Source: an uncultured bacterium
GTDB lineage: Bacteria > Patescibacteriota > Patescibacteriia > JAXHNJ01
DNA length: 37,720 nt
Assembly: GCA_965370265.1 (NCBI GenBank)
Contig: CBDUSL010000003.1
Location: 1-37,720, forward strand
Direction: 5' to 3'
Shown here: piece by piece, positions 1-8,754 of the stretch
How positions within the stretch are numbered: the first letter of the stretch is position 1
Layout: each line of letters starts with the position of its first letter
Program-made: the position numbers and the translations under genes
The notes under the pieces: model-generated
Seen by the model: only the letters and a program-made list of their open reading frames with translations
Told to the model about the DNA's origin: nothing
Databases searched by the model: none

Positions 1-232
1 TGGCGTGTAAAATTTCTCCCCGGGCGTTAACCGGTCCGGCGAAAGATGCACAAATATTTTTCGCTTTTTGGGGCTCATAAATTTCTATTGATTCTCGAAT
101 ATTTTTTAATAGATATTTAAGACCTTTTTCTTTGGCGTTAAGAATTTTATGACTTTTAAAAACCCGGTTATTTTTAACAATACCGGTGTATATCTTGCTT
201 CCGCCTATGTCAGTGCAAATTGAATAAGACAT
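1..232 (-). CDS. ROK family sugar kinase (glucokinase-like), N-terminal part, runs off window
   Basis: Not in the ORF track. Manual translation from ATG at 232: MSYSICTDIGGSKIYTGIV...ICASFAGPVNARGEILHA; DIGG(S/T)K phosphate loop and the xGPV motif are typical of ROK proteins. Confidence 0.85.
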   Translation of the reverse strand, partial: MSYSICTDIGGSKIYTGIVKNNRVFKSHKILNAKEKGLKYLLKNIRESIEIYEPQKAKNICASFAGPVNARGEILHA

Positions 233-286
233 ATATAATTGGTTTGGATTATTTCCATTATAACAAAAATAAGGTATAATTTCAAT

Positions 287-1471
287 ATGAATAAAGAAGA
301 GAAAATTAAAAAGGTGCTTAGACGAGGAGTGGCTGAGCTTATCAGCGAAAAGAATATTAGGAATAAATTATCCTCGGGTAAGAAATTAAGAGTCAAACTA
401 GGCATCGATGCCACGGGTTATGATCTGCATATTGGTCACGCCGTTCCTCTAAGAAAGCTAAAGGCTTTTCAGGACCTTGGTCATCAGGTGGTGTTAATTA
501 TTGGTGATTATACCACGCGGATCGGTGATCCTTCTGGTTTGGACAAAAGCCGCCCCCAGTTATCTGAAAGTGAGGTTGAAAAACACGCTAAAGATTATGT
601 TGATCAGGCCTCTCTGATTTTAGATAAGGAAAAAACGGAAGTGAGATGGCAGAGTGAATGGTTTGAGGACTTTGATCTTCAAACGGTGATTGATTTAACT
701 TCCAAAGCAACCTTAGCTCAGGTTTTGTCTCACGAAACATTTAAAAACCGCCTGAAAAAAGGACTCCCTCTTTCTACCCATGAAGTTATTTATCCCTTTT
801 TGCAGGGTTATGATTCTGTAGCCGTAAAAGCTGATATTGAAATCGGAGGGATTGATCAAAAGTTTAACCTTCTAATGGGTCGGGAGATTCAAAGATCTTT
901 TAACCAGCCTTCACAGGATATTATGACCTTGAATTATTTAATGGGCTCGGACGGCCGGAAAATGAGCAAAACTTTTAATAATTATATTGCTCTTAAAGAC
1001 TCGCCAAAAGAAATGTATGGCAAAGTTATGTCAATTGCCGATGATTTAATTATTGATTATTTCACTTTAGCCACCGAAGTACCCTTGATTGAGATTGAAG
1101 AAATAAAAAAATCATTAAGCTCCGGTGATAACCCCAGAGACCACAAAGCCAGACTGGCTCGGGAAATAGTTATTCTTTATCATTCAAAAAAGGAAGCCGA
1201 AAAAGCTGAAAAAGAATTTGATAAAGTTTTTAAAAACAAAGAATTGCCCAGCGATATTCCTGTTTTCACCCCCACTAAATCTAAATTACCGATTATGGAT
1301 TTATTGGTTGGTTCAGGAATGACTGATAGCAAAAGCGAGGCACGGCGTTTGATTGAACAGGGAGGAGTTTCCATTAATGAAAAAAGAGTAGAAGACTCCA
1401 AAAAAGAAATAAGTTTTAAAAAAAACGATATTATAAAAGTTGGAAAAAGAAAGTTTTTAAAAATAAAATAA
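287..1471 (+). CDS. tyrS: Tyrosine--tRNA ligase
   Basis: HIGH (LHIGH), IGDPSG, GGIDQKFN, KMSK motifs and a C-terminal S4 domain (SKSEARRLIEQGGV). Start moved to ATG 287 (MNKEE), 6 nt after TATAAT. Confidence 0.98.
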   Translation: MNKEEKIKKVLRRGVAELISEKNIRNKLSSGKKLRVKLGIDATGYDLHIGHAVPLRKLKAFQDLGHQVVLIIGDYTTRIGDPSGLDKSRPQLSESEVEKHAKDYVDQASLILDKEKTEVRWQSEWFEDFDLQTVIDLTSKATLAQVLSHETFKNRLKKGLPLSTHEVIYPFLQGYDSVAVKADIEIGGIDQKFNLLMGREIQRSFNQPSQDIMTLNYLMGSDGRKMSKTFNNYIALKDSPKEMYGKVMSIADDLIIDYFTLATEVPLIEIEEIKKSLSSGDNPRDHKARLAREIVILYHSKKEAEKAEKEFDKVFKNKELPSDIPVFTPTKSKLPIMDLLVGSGMTDSKSEARRLIEQGGVSINEKRVEDSKKEISFKKNDIIKVGKRKFLKIK

Positions 1472-1482
1472 ACATAGATAAT

Positions 1483-1513
1483 AAAAACAAGCTGCTATTT
1501 TAGCTGTTTTTTT
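1483..1513 (+). terminator. Probable intrinsic terminator of tyrS
   Basis: AAAAACAAGCTG-CTATTT-TAGCTGTTTTTTT imperfect hairpin followed by a T run just after the stop codon. Confidence 0.55.
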
Positions 1514-1516
1514 AAT

Positions 1517-1555
1517 AAAAAAAACCAACGCACTTTGGAAAAGACGCGTTGAGGT
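1517..1555 (-). terminator. Probable intrinsic terminator of the glycogen operon
   Basis: Minus strand CAACGCG-T-CTTT-TCC-AAAG-TGCGTTG followed by GTTTTTTTT. Confidence 0.55.
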
Positions 1556-1712
1556 AATATTTTATTACCACCAGAGCAGGCTTTCCAGCCTGCGATGGAA
1601 GTATAAAAAGATTGGAAATGAAATATGAATGGAAATGCGTAGTCGAGGCTGGAAAACCTCGACTAATTTTCGGCAAGGCGTGGAAGTCTTGTCTACAAAT
1701 TTTATGGATAAT

Positions 1713-2660
1713 TTATTTCGCTCGGTAAAATTTAGCCGCCTCTTCCGGTGAAACGGAATTAGCAATCAAGCGGGAACCAAGCTCAAGTCCAGCCCAGACA
1801 TTTCTCCGCGGAGATATTCTTAGATAAAAATGTTCATCATTATAGTGAACAGCCTGATGGAGATAATAATTATAAGGCAGATTATGTTTGTGCAGTTTTT
1901 CCAAAAGTTTATCCAGGATTTTAGCCATGGATTTTATCTCTTTTTTTGTTAAAAGAGAAATATTATCAACATGACGCTTGGGGAAAATCCAAGCTTCATA
2001 ATTATAAGTTGAAGCATAGGGGGTAAAGCAGGAAACATTTTCGTCTTCCCAGACAAAGCGGGGGGTCTTTGGCGACTTGACGATTAAATCACAGTAATAA
2101 CAGGTGCCCATCTGAATTTTATATTCCTGGGCTCGGGTTAGCTTGTCCAAGATATGTGGAGGCAGGAAAGCAGTGGCAAAGACTTGCGAATGAGCGTGGG
2201 TGATAGAAGCGCCCGCTCGCCCGCCGTTATTTTTAAAAATCAGTAAATACTGCATTTTTTTATCTTGGGAGATGACATGGGTGCGCTTTTGATAAACTTC
2301 CAATATTTTTTCAATATGGCTAAGCGGCAGTTCAGCCATTTCTTTGTCGTGATCCGGGGTTTCAATAATTACCTCTTGTTGGCCGTAGGCTTTGGGATTA
2401 TCAGTGGAGACAATAGGAAAAATATTTTTTATCACTTTAATTTGCCATTTTTTTCCTTTTCCCACGGTTAAAATAGCTTTTACTTTATTAACTTTTTCAG
2501 GGCAAAAAACACAATCTTTTTTACTTATTGGTTTGGCACAACCTTCTTCTTTAAAATGATTAGGTCTTTTAGCCCGGCCTGGAGCGATAATAACCGCCCG
2601 ATCGTGGATATAATCCTGCCGGATTTCTGCCTGAAGTTTTTGGGTTTCCTTTTTTAACAT
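1713..2660 (-). CDS. galT: GalT-like HIT-family hexose-1-phosphate nucleotidyltransferase / ADP-glucose phosphorylase-like
   Basis: RAKRP, CVFCP, EVIIETPDH, FKNxGxxAGASxxHAHSQ (HxH active site), CYYC, GLELGS. Confidence 0.88.
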   Translation of the reverse strand: MLKKETQKLQAEIRQDYIHDRAVIIAPGRAKRPNHFKEEGCAKPISKKDCVFCPEKVNKVKAILTVGKGKKWQIKVIKNIFPIVSTDNPKAYGQQEVIIETPDHDKEMAELPLSHIEKILEVYQKRTHVISQDKKMQYLLIFKNNGGRAGASITHAHSQVFATAFLPPHILDKLTRAQEYKIQMGTCYYCDLIVKSPKTPRFVWEDENVSCFTPYASTYNYEAWIFPKRHVDNISLLTKKEIKSMAKILDKLLEKLHKHNLPYNYYLHQAVHYNDEHFYLRISPRRNVWAGLELGSRLIANSVSPEEAAKFYRAK

Positions 2661-2663
2661 TTA

Positions 2664-4142
2664 TTATGAGTTTAATAATTTTTGATAAAGTTTAATATAT
2701 TCTTGAGATGACTTGTCCCAGGAATAATCGCCGGACATCCCGTTTTTAATAATGTTCATCCATTCGCCTTTATTATGGTACATTTTGAGAGCTCTTTCAA
2801 TAGCCGCCAAAAAATCTTTACCGGTAAATTTTTCAAAACTGAAACCGGTGCCTTCTTTTGTTTCAGGATTGTATTCAGGAACCGTGTCTGCCAGACCGCC
2901 CGTCGCCCGGACAATAGGAATATTGCCGTAACGCATAGAAATCATCTGGCCCAAGCCGCAAGGCTCAAAACGTGAGGGCATAAGAAACATATCAGAACCG
3001 GCATATATTTTCTGGGCCAAAGTGGCATCAAAGGCCAGGGTGACGGAAATTTTATTCGGATATTTTTCACCTGATTCTTTCAACTCTTTTTCCAACTTAG
3101 GGTCGCCTGTTCCCAGAATTACCAACTGGAGATTTTCTTTTTCTAATTTAGGTAGTATTTCTACCAGTAAATCAATACCTTTTTGGTCAGCCAATCTTCC
3201 CACTAAGCCCAAAACTGGAATTTTTTCATTAACTTCCAGATTTGATATTTCCTGAAGGTGTTTTTTGTTTTCATTTTTAATTTCTATATTTTCTAAAGAA
3301 TATTTTTTGTAAATTTGGTTATCAACTTCAGGGTTAAAGCTTTCCAAATCAATACCATTCAAGATGCCGGAAATGTCTTTTTTTCGCTTTTTTAAATGTT
3401 TTTCCAAACCACAACCATATTCACGGGTTAAGATTTCTTTAGCATATTTTGGGCTGACCGTATTAAGCAGGTCTGCATCTTTGATCGCCTGTTCAAGATA
3501 TCTTATATTTTCATGGTCAAAGGGTATGAGATTGTGTTTCCGAGCATCTGTTTCGGAAATACCGAGACTTTCAAGGACTTCTTGGTAGTTATAATTACCC
3601 TGATAAGCGAGATTATGGATGGTTAACAGGGTTTTGACCTTGTTTAGTTTTGGTTTTTCCTCTTCCAGGTATTTTTCTAAAAATGGAATAATGCCGACAT
3701 GCCAGTCATGGCAGTGAATTACATCCGGCCAAAACGAAACGGGTTCAAATATTTCAAAAATACTGCGGGCAAAAAAAGTAAAACGGTGAAGTTCTTCAGC
3801 CGAACCGCCGGAAGAAGCGTCTGCCTCCACATAAACCCCGCCCTTGCCCAAATATTTTAAATTATCAATAAAATAAACAGGCACTTCGCTCATAGGCAGG
3901 TTAGCTTGCCAAATGTCTATTAATTCTTCTTTTCCCGCGAAAGGAACTTTTATTTTTTCGGCGATTTTCGTAAGGCCGTATTCTTTTTCGTCAATAACAC
4001 CGTATTTAGGAATAACTATTCTGACATCTATTCCTAGTTTTTTAAGACTTTTGGGCAGGGCCCCAATAACATCACCCAGCCCCCCCACTTTGGCCATAGG
4101 GGTAAGCTCAGCGGCTGTAAATAAAACCTTTATTTCTGGCAT
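2664..4142 (-). CDS. glgA: Glycogen/starch synthase (GT5), copy 2
   Basis: AKVGGLGDV, IHCHDWH, TIHNLAYQG, GILNGID, RLADQKG, MPSRFEPCGLGQ, TGGLADTV. Confidence 0.95.
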   Translation of the reverse strand: MPEIKVLFTAAELTPMAKVGGLGDVIGALPKSLKKLGIDVRIVIPKYGVIDEKEYGLTKIAEKIKVPFAGKEELIDIWQANLPMSEVPVYFIDNLKYLGKGGVYVEADASSGGSAEELHRFTFFARSIFEIFEPVSFWPDVIHCHDWHVGIIPFLEKYLEEEKPKLNKVKTLLTIHNLAYQGNYNYQEVLESLGISETDARKHNLIPFDHENIRYLEQAIKDADLLNTVSPKYAKEILTREYGCGLEKHLKKRKKDISGILNGIDLESFNPEVDNQIYKKYSLENIEIKNENKKHLQEISNLEVNEKIPVLGLVGRLADQKGIDLLVEILPKLEKENLQLVILGTGDPKLEKELKESGEKYPNKISVTLAFDATLAQKIYAGSDMFLMPSRFEPCGLGQMISMRYGNIPIVRATGGLADTVPEYNPETKEGTGFSFEKFTGKDFLAAIERALKMYHNKGEWMNIIKNGMSGDYSWDKSSQEYIKLYQKLLNS

Positions 4143-6154
4143 AATAAATTTTCCTTAATAATATTATTTAATATTTTAACATACTTATGGCGGTTTTTAT
4201 CTTTGGCTCCCATTAAAGTGGCTGTGATGGTCCAGATATCTAAAGCTGCTCTTACCTGGGCTAATTTAACGTTTTTTTCCACTTGCCTGCCTAAAGATTT
4301 TTTAACGGTTTTAAGATAATTGTTGAGAAAAATATTTTGCAGCTGATTAATTTTTTTATGGCTGATTACTCCTTTCAGCATTATTCTTAGATGAACTAAA
4401 AAATTAGCCACGTCAAAAGAGGGGAAGAAAAGGGAAGAGAGAGTAAAGTCGATAAGAGCAATTTCGTTTTTCGGTGTGACAATTATATTAGAAGCTTGTA
4501 AATCATTGTGGGAAAGAACTTTTTTTGACCCTTTAAATTTTATGGAGGCGGTTTTTAAATATTCCCTGGTATAAGAGGATATGACTTTATAGTTAGCCGG
4601 GTCGTACTTTTTTATTTTAGCTCTTACTTCTTTAAAATAGGAAACCTCTTTTATTTTTGTGGTTCTGACTTTTGGCAAAGGCAGATTATGAAGGGTGGCC
4701 AAAGAAATGGCGGTTTTTCGGAGTAAAATTTTAAATAGATTACTCTTAAAGCTTATTTCCCTAAGTCTTTTTCCCGGAGTTTCTTCATAAAGAATATAGG
4801 GAATGCGGGCGAAGTAATGAAGAGGGCGGGGAGAGATAAGATTTTTTTTGTTATTTTCAAAAATAAATTTCATTAACTTGTACGTATCCGCATCGATTGT
4901 ATTTCCACGGACAATTTTTTCTATCTGTTTGTTTTTTTTATTCACCATGGTTAACTTTGTTCTGGTAAGGAAACTTGTTTCCGAGAGAGCCTCCGGATGC
5001 GATATTTTTAAAGAGATAATATGCCTTTCTTCGGGAAAAAGGCGCCGTAGGCTTTTATTAAAAAGCTTTAACATCAGCTTTTCGTCAGTAAAAATTTCTT
5101 TTAAAGAACCAGTTTTTTTATCACTGATTATTTGTTTATCAATTCTAATTTTAAGTTTCCGACACAATTTTTTGGCCTGTTCCATGTTTTTAATAACCGC
5201 CGGCCGGACCACATTTGGATCGCGGGTAGAAACGATATAAGCAATTATTTGCATAATCCACCAAAGTTCATGGATCATTAATCGCCTCTGAATTTTTTTC
5301 AATTTTTGCCCGGTTGCTTTTAGGTAATTATCCAAAAATATTTTTCGGGCATTTCTGATTACTCTGGAATTGGCTGAAAAAAACCAAGTTAGCATATTAA
5401 GCTGGGCCAGATAATTGGCGACATCACTTAAGGGGTCATAGGCGTAGCTTCTTCCCCAGTCAATAATTGCGACTTTATCTTTGTTGATAATGACATTATT
5501 AGGATTGGGGTCTCCGTGAGTAAGGATGAAAGTATTTTTACGATTGAATACCTCATTCTTAAAAAGAGGGAAAATCTGCTCCAAAATAGTGGCGCCGATT
5601 GCATAAACATCGGGAAAATTATTTTTATAGTCGTCTATAAAATAATTTATTTCATTTTTTATCTCCGGCAGTTTTTTCTTGATCCCCTTTTTAATTTTCA
5701 TATTATGAAGCCGGGCCAGCCAGAGGGCTGATTGTTTGACCATATATTTTACATTACCTCTGTTTTTTACAATATAATTCGTCAGAGGTATTCCTGGATA
5801 ATCTTCATAAAGAACCAAGTTTAGGGATTTGTAGTAACCCAGAGGAATGGGCACCTGAAACGGGCCAGAAGCAAAATTATGCTGGAAAAGAATTTTCTTT
5901 GTTTTGTCGGCGACCATGCTTTCCCGCCAGGTATCTTTTGAGGGAACATTTCCACGTATTACTTTTTTAATGATTTTACCCCTTGGAGTTTCTATCGCTA
6001 AATCGTATTTTAGGGCTTTTTTAAAGGTCATTCCGCCCACATCGGTAACTCGTAATTCTTTAAGAATAGAACCTTTGGGAAATTTTTCCTTAATTATCCG
6101 GTTGAAAAATTTACCCATTATCTTTTTATTTTTAGCGTCTTCAAAAGCTTTCAT
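4130..6154 (-). CDS. Tandem two-domain APH/choline-kinase-like phosphotransferase
   Basis: Two homologous halves: LARLH...THGDPNPNNV...IIDWG...DVANYL and LATLH...SHNDLQASNI...LIDFT...DVANFL. TAATG stop-start coupling to the upstream GH57. Confidence 0.8.
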   Translation of the reverse strand: MKAFEDAKNKKIMGKFFNRIIKEKFPKGSILKELRVTDVGGMTFKKALKYDLAIETPRGKIIKKVIRGNVPSKDTWRESMVADKTKKILFQHNFASGPFQVPIPLGYYKSLNLVLYEDYPGIPLTNYIVKNRGNVKYMVKQSALWLARLHNMKIKKGIKKKLPEIKNEINYFIDDYKNNFPDVYAIGATILEQIFPLFKNEVFNRKNTFILTHGDPNPNNVIINKDKVAIIDWGRSYAYDPLSDVANYLAQLNMLTWFFSANSRVIRNARKIFLDNYLKATGQKLKKIQRRLMIHELWWIMQIIAYIVSTRDPNVVRPAVIKNMEQAKKLCRKLKIRIDKQIISDKKTGSLKEIFTDEKLMLKLFNKSLRRLFPEERHIISLKISHPEALSETSFLTRTKLTMVNKKNKQIEKIVRGNTIDADTYKLMKFIFENNKKNLISPRPLHYFARIPYILYEETPGKRLREISFKSNLFKILLRKTAISLATLHNLPLPKVRTTKIKEVSYFKEVRAKIKKYDPANYKVISSYTREYLKTASIKFKGSKKVLSHNDLQASNIIVTPKNEIALIDFTLSSLFFPSFDVANFLVHLRIMLKGVISHKKINQLQNIFLNNYLKTVKKSLGRQVEKNVKLAQVRAALDIWTITATLMGAKDKNRHKYVKILNNIIKENLLCQK

Positions 6155-7512
6155 TATGTTTTTTTATAAGTTTTTAATTCTTTAATGCGGTCTCTTAGCT
6201 GAGCCGCTCTTTCAAATTCTTCTCTCTTCACCATTAATTTTATCTCTTTTTTTAAATTATTGATAATTTTATTAATCTCCTCTTCCGGTAATTCTGGAAT
6301 AGCTTCATCCGTAAGTTGTCTCACTTCTTCATCTTCTTGTTTACTGAGAGTTTCAACTGTTCCATTTCTTTGCCATTCAAAACCGGTAAACACTATATTT
6401 TGATAAAGTTCTCTCGCTTCTTGTTTTGTTTGTTCGGACACTTTTTTTAATAATAAAATAACATCTTTTAGTTCTTTTGCCCCCGCTTCAATCATTTCTA
6501 AACTCCACCAGGGTTTAGCGGAAGCCCACCAGAACTGGTCAGAATGAACGGCCCGATCAAGGCCCGTCCGGGCCTTTTTATAGCCTTTGTCGCTTGGGCC
6601 GCATTTTTTTAAAGTATTGACTGCCAAATGAAAAAGTTTCCACTGCATTTCGTGAATCTTATTGCCCGGATCTTCCCAACGGGAAAAAGGGGCATTTTTT
6701 TCCAGGTCTTTTTCCATTAATGCCCAAGTGGAAGGAAGGGGTTTGACTTTTTCTCTTTCTTTAAACATTTTGTCAAGATCAGACACTAATACAGTTTCTA
6801 ATTTTTTTGATTCATATATTTCAAAAAGCAGTTTTTCCATGCCTGGTCTATGATGGCCGAATGTTTCTCCATCCATGGCTGTGAGGAGAAAGTCCTTTTT
6901 ATCAAGCCGGTCCCCCAGGCTCTCAATAAGAAGGTTGCCGGTGCCAAGTTGGCCGGAGAGTATTTTATAACTCATTCTTCTTTCTCGGAAATATATTTTT
7001 AAATTTTTTATACCTTCAATTTCGTAAATTTTTGAATAGTTAACTTTCCCCTTTTTAGTCGGAAAGGATAATTCATCAACTATAATCCACTCATAACCCA
7101 TTTCACTCACAATTTCTGCCACTTTATCGGAATAGCCCATTTCCGGCGGAAAAAAACCGCGGGGGTTGTAAAGGCCGCCGAAATATTTTCGGTGAGCTTT
7201 ATTATTCAGCTCAATTTGACGAACTATCTCTTCTTTTGGCAATTTAGGAAGAAGGGGGTGATACTTGGCGCTAGCCGTGAGTTCAATTTGGCCTCTTTTA
7301 AGAAGCATTTTAATGTCATCGATGATATCAGTAAGGCCATTTTCCTCAAAAAGTTCTACCAAGATGGCGTTAATATTAAGAGTTACTTTTGCGTGAGGAT
7401 GCTTTTTTAATCCGTCGGTTATTTTTCGGTACGATTCATCCGCGATTTTTTTTACCCAGTAAGATTTTTGGGTGGGGGGTTGATAGATGTGTAAAAAATT
7501 TGCCCAAATCAT
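6154..7512 (-). CDS. Glycoside hydrolase family 57 protein with C-terminal UvrB/UvrC (UVR) motif
   Basis: HIYQP, GQIEL..SAKYHPLLP, GFFPPEMG (nucleophile Glu), MDGETFGHH (acid/base Asp), SDQFWW; tail LKKEIKLMVKREEFERAAQLRDRIKEL. Confidence 0.9.
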   Translation of the reverse strand: MIWANFLHIYQPPTQKSYWVKKIADESYRKITDGLKKHPHAKVTLNINAILVELFEENGLTDIIDDIKMLLKRGQIELTASAKYHPLLPKLPKEEIVRQIELNNKAHRKYFGGLYNPRGFFPPEMGYSDKVAEIVSEMGYEWIIVDELSFPTKKGKVNYSKIYEIEGIKNLKIYFRERRMSYKILSGQLGTGNLLIESLGDRLDKKDFLLTAMDGETFGHHRPGMEKLLFEIYESKKLETVLVSDLDKMFKEREKVKPLPSTWALMEKDLEKNAPFSRWEDPGNKIHEMQWKLFHLAVNTLKKCGPSDKGYKKARTGLDRAVHSDQFWWASAKPWWSLEMIEAGAKELKDVILLLKKVSEQTKQEARELYQNIVFTGFEWQRNGTVETLSKQEDEEVRQLTDEAIPELPEEEINKIINNLKKEIKLMVKREEFERAAQLRDRIKELKTYKKT

Positions 7513-7515
7513 AAA

Positions 7516-8754
7516 TTATTTTTTAATTATTCTTTCTCCGCCGAGATGCGGTATAATGCCAATGCGGGCGAGATATTCTTTTACTATTTTTTCCGCCTTT
7601 CCGGAATTTTGCCAGCTATTAGCGAGATTAATAATATTTTGTAGAATCGTATTTGCTTTTTCTTTTTCCTGGACGGAAATAGATTTTAAAGGGACAAGAA
7701 CACCAAAAAGTTCTTGAGCTTCTCTGATGATTATTAGTTCGTGCCACCAAGGTCTTAGGGAAGCCCACCAAAACTGGTCAGAGGCCAAGGCTTTATCGAG
7801 AAGTTTTTCCGCCTCTGAAATACCTTTGTCTTTTTTTTCTTTAGCTCGGGCGATAAGTTCTAAAATAATTTTAGTTAATTCCCATTGTTTTTGGTGAATC
7901 TCGTTTTTAGGATTTTGCCAAAGGAAATAAGGAATTTTTTCTTCAAAATCTTCTGGTTCAGAAGACCAGCTCGAAGCCAAAGGAGAAATTTCCTCCCATT
8001 TATCATACCTTTCAATAAGTTCTGAAAAATTCACAGTTTCTACTTCAGACCTTTTAATCAGTTTTTCCCAGAAGATATCAATTTTCGGCCGGTGATGGCC
8101 CAAATTCTCTCCGTCCATAGCGGTAATAAGATAAGTGTCACTTCGTCCCTCATTTTTTATTTTTTCAAAAAATTCGTCAGGATTTTCAGGATCAGCTTCA
8201 AAAACAAAGTAATCGCTGATAATACGATTGCGAAATATTATCCGAATATCGGTATTTTTTATTTTATAGCCTTTATTAAAAGTTATTTCGCCAATTTTTT
8301 GGTGATGGGCGATTTCATCAAGAACAACCCATTCCACCTTAAGTTTTTTAAGAAGGGGGGTTAAATTTGTGCCCCAGGCCATTTCCGGCGGGAAAAACCC
8401 TTTCGGTTGATATGATTTACCTAAATACTTTTTATTAACTTTTTCGTTAAGCTTGATTTGCCGCCAGATAATTTCCTTATTATATAGAGGGAGGATAAGG
8501 TGGTATTTAGCCGAGTGAGTAAATTCGATTTGGCCTTTTTCAGCCAGGTATTTGATGTCTTCAATAACATCTTTAAAACTGTGTTCAATAAGTTGTTCGG
8601 TTAAAGAGGCATTAATATTTAGGGTGATTTTAACTTTTGGATTTCTTTTTAAAATATTTAAAAAAGGACGATAGCTTTCTTTAACGACTTTCCGGATTAT
8701 TTTTTTATCCCAATTTGGGGGCTGGTAAATGTGAAAAAAATTGGCCCAGATCAT
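7516..8754 (-). CDS. Glycoside hydrolase family 57 protein
   Basis: HIYQP, GQIEF, GFFPPEMA, MDGENLGHH, SDQFWW; paralogue of the adjacent gene. Confidence 0.9.
   Translation of the reverse strand: MIWANFFHIYQPPNWDKKIIRKVVKESYRPFLNILKRNPKVKITLNINASLTEQLIEHSFKDVIEDIKYLAEKGQIEFTHSAKYHLILPLYNKEIIWRQIKLNEKVNKKYLGKSYQPKGFFPPEMAWGTNLTPLLKKLKVEWVVLDEIAHHQKIGEITFNKGYKIKNTDIRIIFRNRIISDYFVFEADPENPDEFFEKIKNEGRSDTYLITAMDGENLGHHRPKIDIFWEKLIKRSEVETVNFSELIERYDKWEEISPLASSWSSEPEDFEEKIPYFLWQNPKNEIHQKQWELTKIILELIARAKEKKDKGISEAEKLLDKALASDQFWWASLRPWWHELIIIREAQELFGVLVPLKSISVQEKEKANTILQNIINLANSWQNSGKAEKIVKEYLARIGIIPHLGGERIIKK

Noticed and set aside
233-286. T-box riboswitch upstream of tyrS
   Set aside because: Only 54 nt separate the divergent starts; no room and no T-box motif.
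1596-1654. 17-nt periodic TGGAA repeats as a mini CRISPR array
   Set aside because: Repeats and spacers are far too short, and there are no cas genes.
1618-1710. 30-aa + strand ORF MKYEWKCVVEAGKPRLIFGKAWKSCLQIYG
   Set aside because: No clear SD or recognisable homology; the hairpin/repeat structure explains the region better. Not excluded without ribosome profiling.
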